Shown here piece by piece: positions 60,608 to 64,000 of a DNA stretch of 64,000 bases. How positions within the stretch are numbered: the first letter of the stretch is position 1; the number at the start of each line of letters is the position of its first letter. Where the stretch lies: the NCBI GenBank assembly GCA_010909165.1, contig MU008167.1, positions 1,612,001 through 1,676,000 on the forward strand, in the 5' to 3' direction. The notes under the pieces were generated by a model. That model saw only the letters and a list, made by a program, of their open reading frames with translations, searched no databases and was not told where the DNA came from. This DNA is from Anthoceros angustus (lineage: Eukaryota > Plantae > Anthocerotophyta). Both the position numbers and the translations under genes were made by a program.

Positions 60608-61114
60608 AGCTAGGTTGCAGGGTTCAGCCATGACTTTGTTTTTCTCACGACTGGGTGAGTTGTTTAGAGAGCCTCTGTTTCTGGCAGACTTCAAATGGGA
60701 ACGGGAGCAAGCAAGAATTGCCGATCCTGGACCAGAAAGCATTACGACGGGGTTCTCCTGTTCGATGTGTGAATAAGTGGGCAGACAGTTTTTAATTGAG
60801 CTGCCTGTCTGACCTAAACTGGAAGAAGGTTGAGTTCATGGAGCAATTTTGCCTTAGCCTACTTGATTTTCCGGTGACTGGTCGTGAGCTTGTTAACATT
60901 TCTACGGTTGTTCAGACTGCCTCTCTTGACTATCAAATTCGTCCAAGATAACATTTTGGCTGTCCCGTGTCTCCGCAGGGTGGTGTGGCTGCTTACATGA
61001 CTTTACGGTTGTGACTGAAGCTGTGGTTGCTCTAGAAAGGATGAGCTGCCTGATCAGGAATTCTGCAGGGTGCATGCTACACAGAGACGAAAGATGCAGA
61101 GAAGTTCACGAGAC

Positions 61115-63668
61115 CTATAAAATCACGACGACAGGATTCTTAGAATTTGAAGCATCTTGCTGCTTCCTGAAAAGGTATCTCCTGCCGCAGACAGGAGGCC
61201 CTATTTTCTCAACTATGAGACTACCTTCATCTAGCTTTGCTTGCAAGATTGCAGCTTCCTTTTCGGCCAGCAGATCTGCCATGAGACGCCGCTTCTTCAC
61301 CCCTGGGGAATCGGGATCTGGCCCTGCCAGCACGGCCTGTGACCTGTTGTTCTTGCTAGGCTTCCGGGGAAGCCTCCCTTTCTTGCCTGCAGCGGGCACA
61401 GCAGCGGGAGCCGCACCAGCAGCAACAGGAGCCTCACCAGCAGCAACAGGAGCCTCACCAGCTGGAGCAGCAGTAGCCGCAGCAGGAGTAAGAGCCGCAG
61501 CAGGTATGTTGTCTCCTCTCTCCTGGCATATCAGCTCTTCCAGCTCCCAGTCCTCAGTCTTTTGCACATGCTGGGTTGGAACATCTTCGGCATCTCTCCC
61601 GCTCGCCTCTGCAATGGCCTCGATTGTGTGACCTCCGTTTCCGGCCTCACCCACCAGGGCTGTTGGTGCTGGCGCAGGAAGGGACCCAGCAGGAGGAACC
61701 GACGCTTGTTGCTTCACTGTGTGGCTGATTGGTGCGCCCTCTCCAGCCTCTGATGCAGCAAGAGCAGGAGGAGGGCGTGGCGTTCGTGGGTGCTCGCCGT
61801 CGTGTCTTCCAGCTGCTTCTCCAGGTGTAGGAGGCTGTGGAGCAGCAGCAGCTGTAGGGGGCTGTGGATCAGCAGCAGCAGCAGTAGGAGGTTGTGGAGC
61901 AGCAGCAGGAGGAGGCTGTGGTGCAGCAGCAGGAAGAGGCTGTGGAGCAGCAGCAGCCGTAGGAGGCGGCCTGTTACCTGCGGCAATGCCACGCTCCTTG
62001 TCACGTCTTGCGTCAAGAATGCAGGATGCCAGAGAAGGGAGAGCAGGGTGGTAAAGGAGGTACCTGTATGAGCAGGATGAACGACGTGCACCAAGGAGCT
62101 CTGCAACAGGGATTGGAGGTACTGGGCACGGTTTTCCTTCTCCCTGCGCTTCAGCTCCATTTTCTGCGAGATCTGCAGCACAAACTCTTCGTGGATTTTG
62201 GCTGCCACCTGCACTCTCCTGAACATTTCCAGCTCGTAGTCCGCATGCTCCTTGGTCTTACATTCCAGCAATCTCCCCAGCTGCACGAGCTCCTCATCCG
62301 CCTGTGCCATGGCGCTTCTGGCCTGCTCCGCCTCCAATGCCATCTCCCGAACCAGGTTTCCATGCGCCCTGATGAAGAGCTCCTGCGCCTCCCTGACCCC
62401 CATCCCTGCCAGTCGCACTGCAAGCCCGCTGCACTGCAAGAAGCATTGCAAACACGACCCAACAAAGCAGCGCCCGACGTGCACACTGCTTTCTTTTCCC
62501 TGAGAATTTCTTTCTTGCTTCCCCTGACCTGCCCGTTACAGGGTATCCGAAGTACAGGTGCGTGCTGGGCCTACTCAGTGTTTGTTCACTTCACTTCTAC
62601 TATTCCGACGTGCGTCACGGCCTTAAAGGGCGTCACTAATACCCAGCGGATGTGGTGCCTGCACGGATTCTCCAACCTTGCTTTCATGGTTCCTACTTGC
62701 TTCAGCTCTGGGTAGGGAAATGCGTGGATCTTGTGAAAGAGGTGAGCATTTACAAGCATTTATTTCCAGTCCTTTCAGGAATGCCTGAACGGACACATGT
62801 TCAAGGCAAGTTGTTGAGAGCAAAATCGTTGGCTGCAGTGCTGGACATGTGGTTGATCTGTTACGGATGTACTGGATCCTGCTGCCCCTGGTTTATGTAC
62901 TGACAGGAGGGCTGGTGGGAGTGGGCGTGGTGGGCGGAACTTTGTCAGCTGCCGCCAAGCTGATGCACTGGATCCTGCCATCCACGAAGACCACCACATG
63001 CTTGCAATCACAGGGGCTGTAGTGAATCACGTCTGCCTCGCACCTGGAACACCGAATGAAGCAGGAAAGGAAGGAAGGGTGAGAAATCTGAACATTTATT
63101 GCTGCTGTAGTGACCCACGAAAACTTTGATCAGAATTGGAGGCCTCACCATCTTTCAGTTTCCTTGGACAGGATGTTGAACCTCCTTCCCTCCAGAGTGT
63201 GGCCGTACGCCAGCCATCTCTCATCTTCCTTCTCTGATGTAGCATGTCTATCCATGGCACTCTTGGTGGGCGATTTCACCTGGACCAGCTTCACCAGCTC
63301 GCCTCCTGCCTCCGGGAGCTGGCCTGCTTGCACCAGCGCAGCAGATCCTGCTGCCGCACAGTCCACAGGCCCTGGCAGGGCATCTGACTCAGACTGCACC
63401 GGGGGCTGGAATCTCCAGTACCGCAGCTCCCAGTCGGAGAAGAGCTCTCTGGCTCTCCGCACCCGGAACTGGTGCTGCACAGTCTGGAGCTCCCTGGTTC
63501 TGGTGGGAAACGCTCTCACGTAGTTCTGGATCGACTCCTTCACATGCTTCCGGGTTTCGCTGCAGCGGTCAAGCTTGAAGCCGGCCTTCCCGAAGGCTAG
63601 TACCATGTTCTGCAGCGTCGTCACTTCCTTGTCGTTGATGTTGTCTGTTGCATACGCCACAGCTTCGT

Positions 63669-63700
<32 letters not shown>

Positions 63701-64000
63701 AGGAGAGGGTTCCTGACCCTTCCCTTCAACACTGCTTTGGCCTCGCTGCTTTCCTTCGACTTCTCTTTCAACTCTTGCTTTGCTGCAGTTGCTCGTCTCA
63801 GCCGCTCCTTCAACCGGAGCACAAACTCGCTGGAGAAGCTGGAGAAGATCTGGCGATACCCATCCGAGCTCAGGCCTACCGCGTCATGCCATCCCTCCAG
63901 GTTGAAGTCCCACGGCTCCACCACAGCCACATACGAGGGAACCTTGAGGTGGGCTGGGTCGACGGTGAGCTTCTCGGGATACTCTGTCTCCCGCAGCTCC
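61115..64000 (-). CDS. Multi-exon orphan protein with coiled-coil and Ala/Pro-rich repeats; 5' end outside window
   Basis: Long same-strand open frames (63145-63930+, 61714-62484, 61115-61717) with GC-rich coding-like composition; (AAAPQPP)n and (AAGEAPV)n repeats. Confidence 0.5.

Overview
Eukaryotic nuclear DNA from an early-diverging land plant, most likely a hornwort (Anthoceros-like). That assignment is inferred from very short GT-AG introns, dense genes and a PLS-class PPR protein ending in the WW-type box KQPGQSWWTD. The window has three zones. (1) 1-22.2 kb is gene-dense and GC-richer: two head-to-head hotdog thioesterases, a DUF1338 enzyme, an NSUN6-like methyltransferase, plastid FtsH1/5, an orphan gene, and an ~8 kb PPR gene with an N-terminal OSB-type PDF motif and two near-identical internal duplications. 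(2) ~22.4-56.7 kb is an AT-rich, repeat-laden accessory island. It holds 8 intact and 2 broken intronless genes for a variant secreted Gnk2/DUF26-like family (C-X12-C-X2-C plus an extra conserved Cys in a Pro-rich tail). It also holds a decayed diterpene synthase, a bacterial-type VOC/glyoxalase gene, an ectodomain-less atypical RLK/Pelle kinase, an LTR relic carrying MenB and PPR fragments, non-LTR retroelement relics and a rearranged 26S rDNA fragment. (3) 57.5-64 kb is gene-dense again: PsbO, a GrxS15-like glutaredoxin and an orphan gene running off the window. Family calls come from motif recognition by eye; no searches were run, and exon boundaries are approximate.
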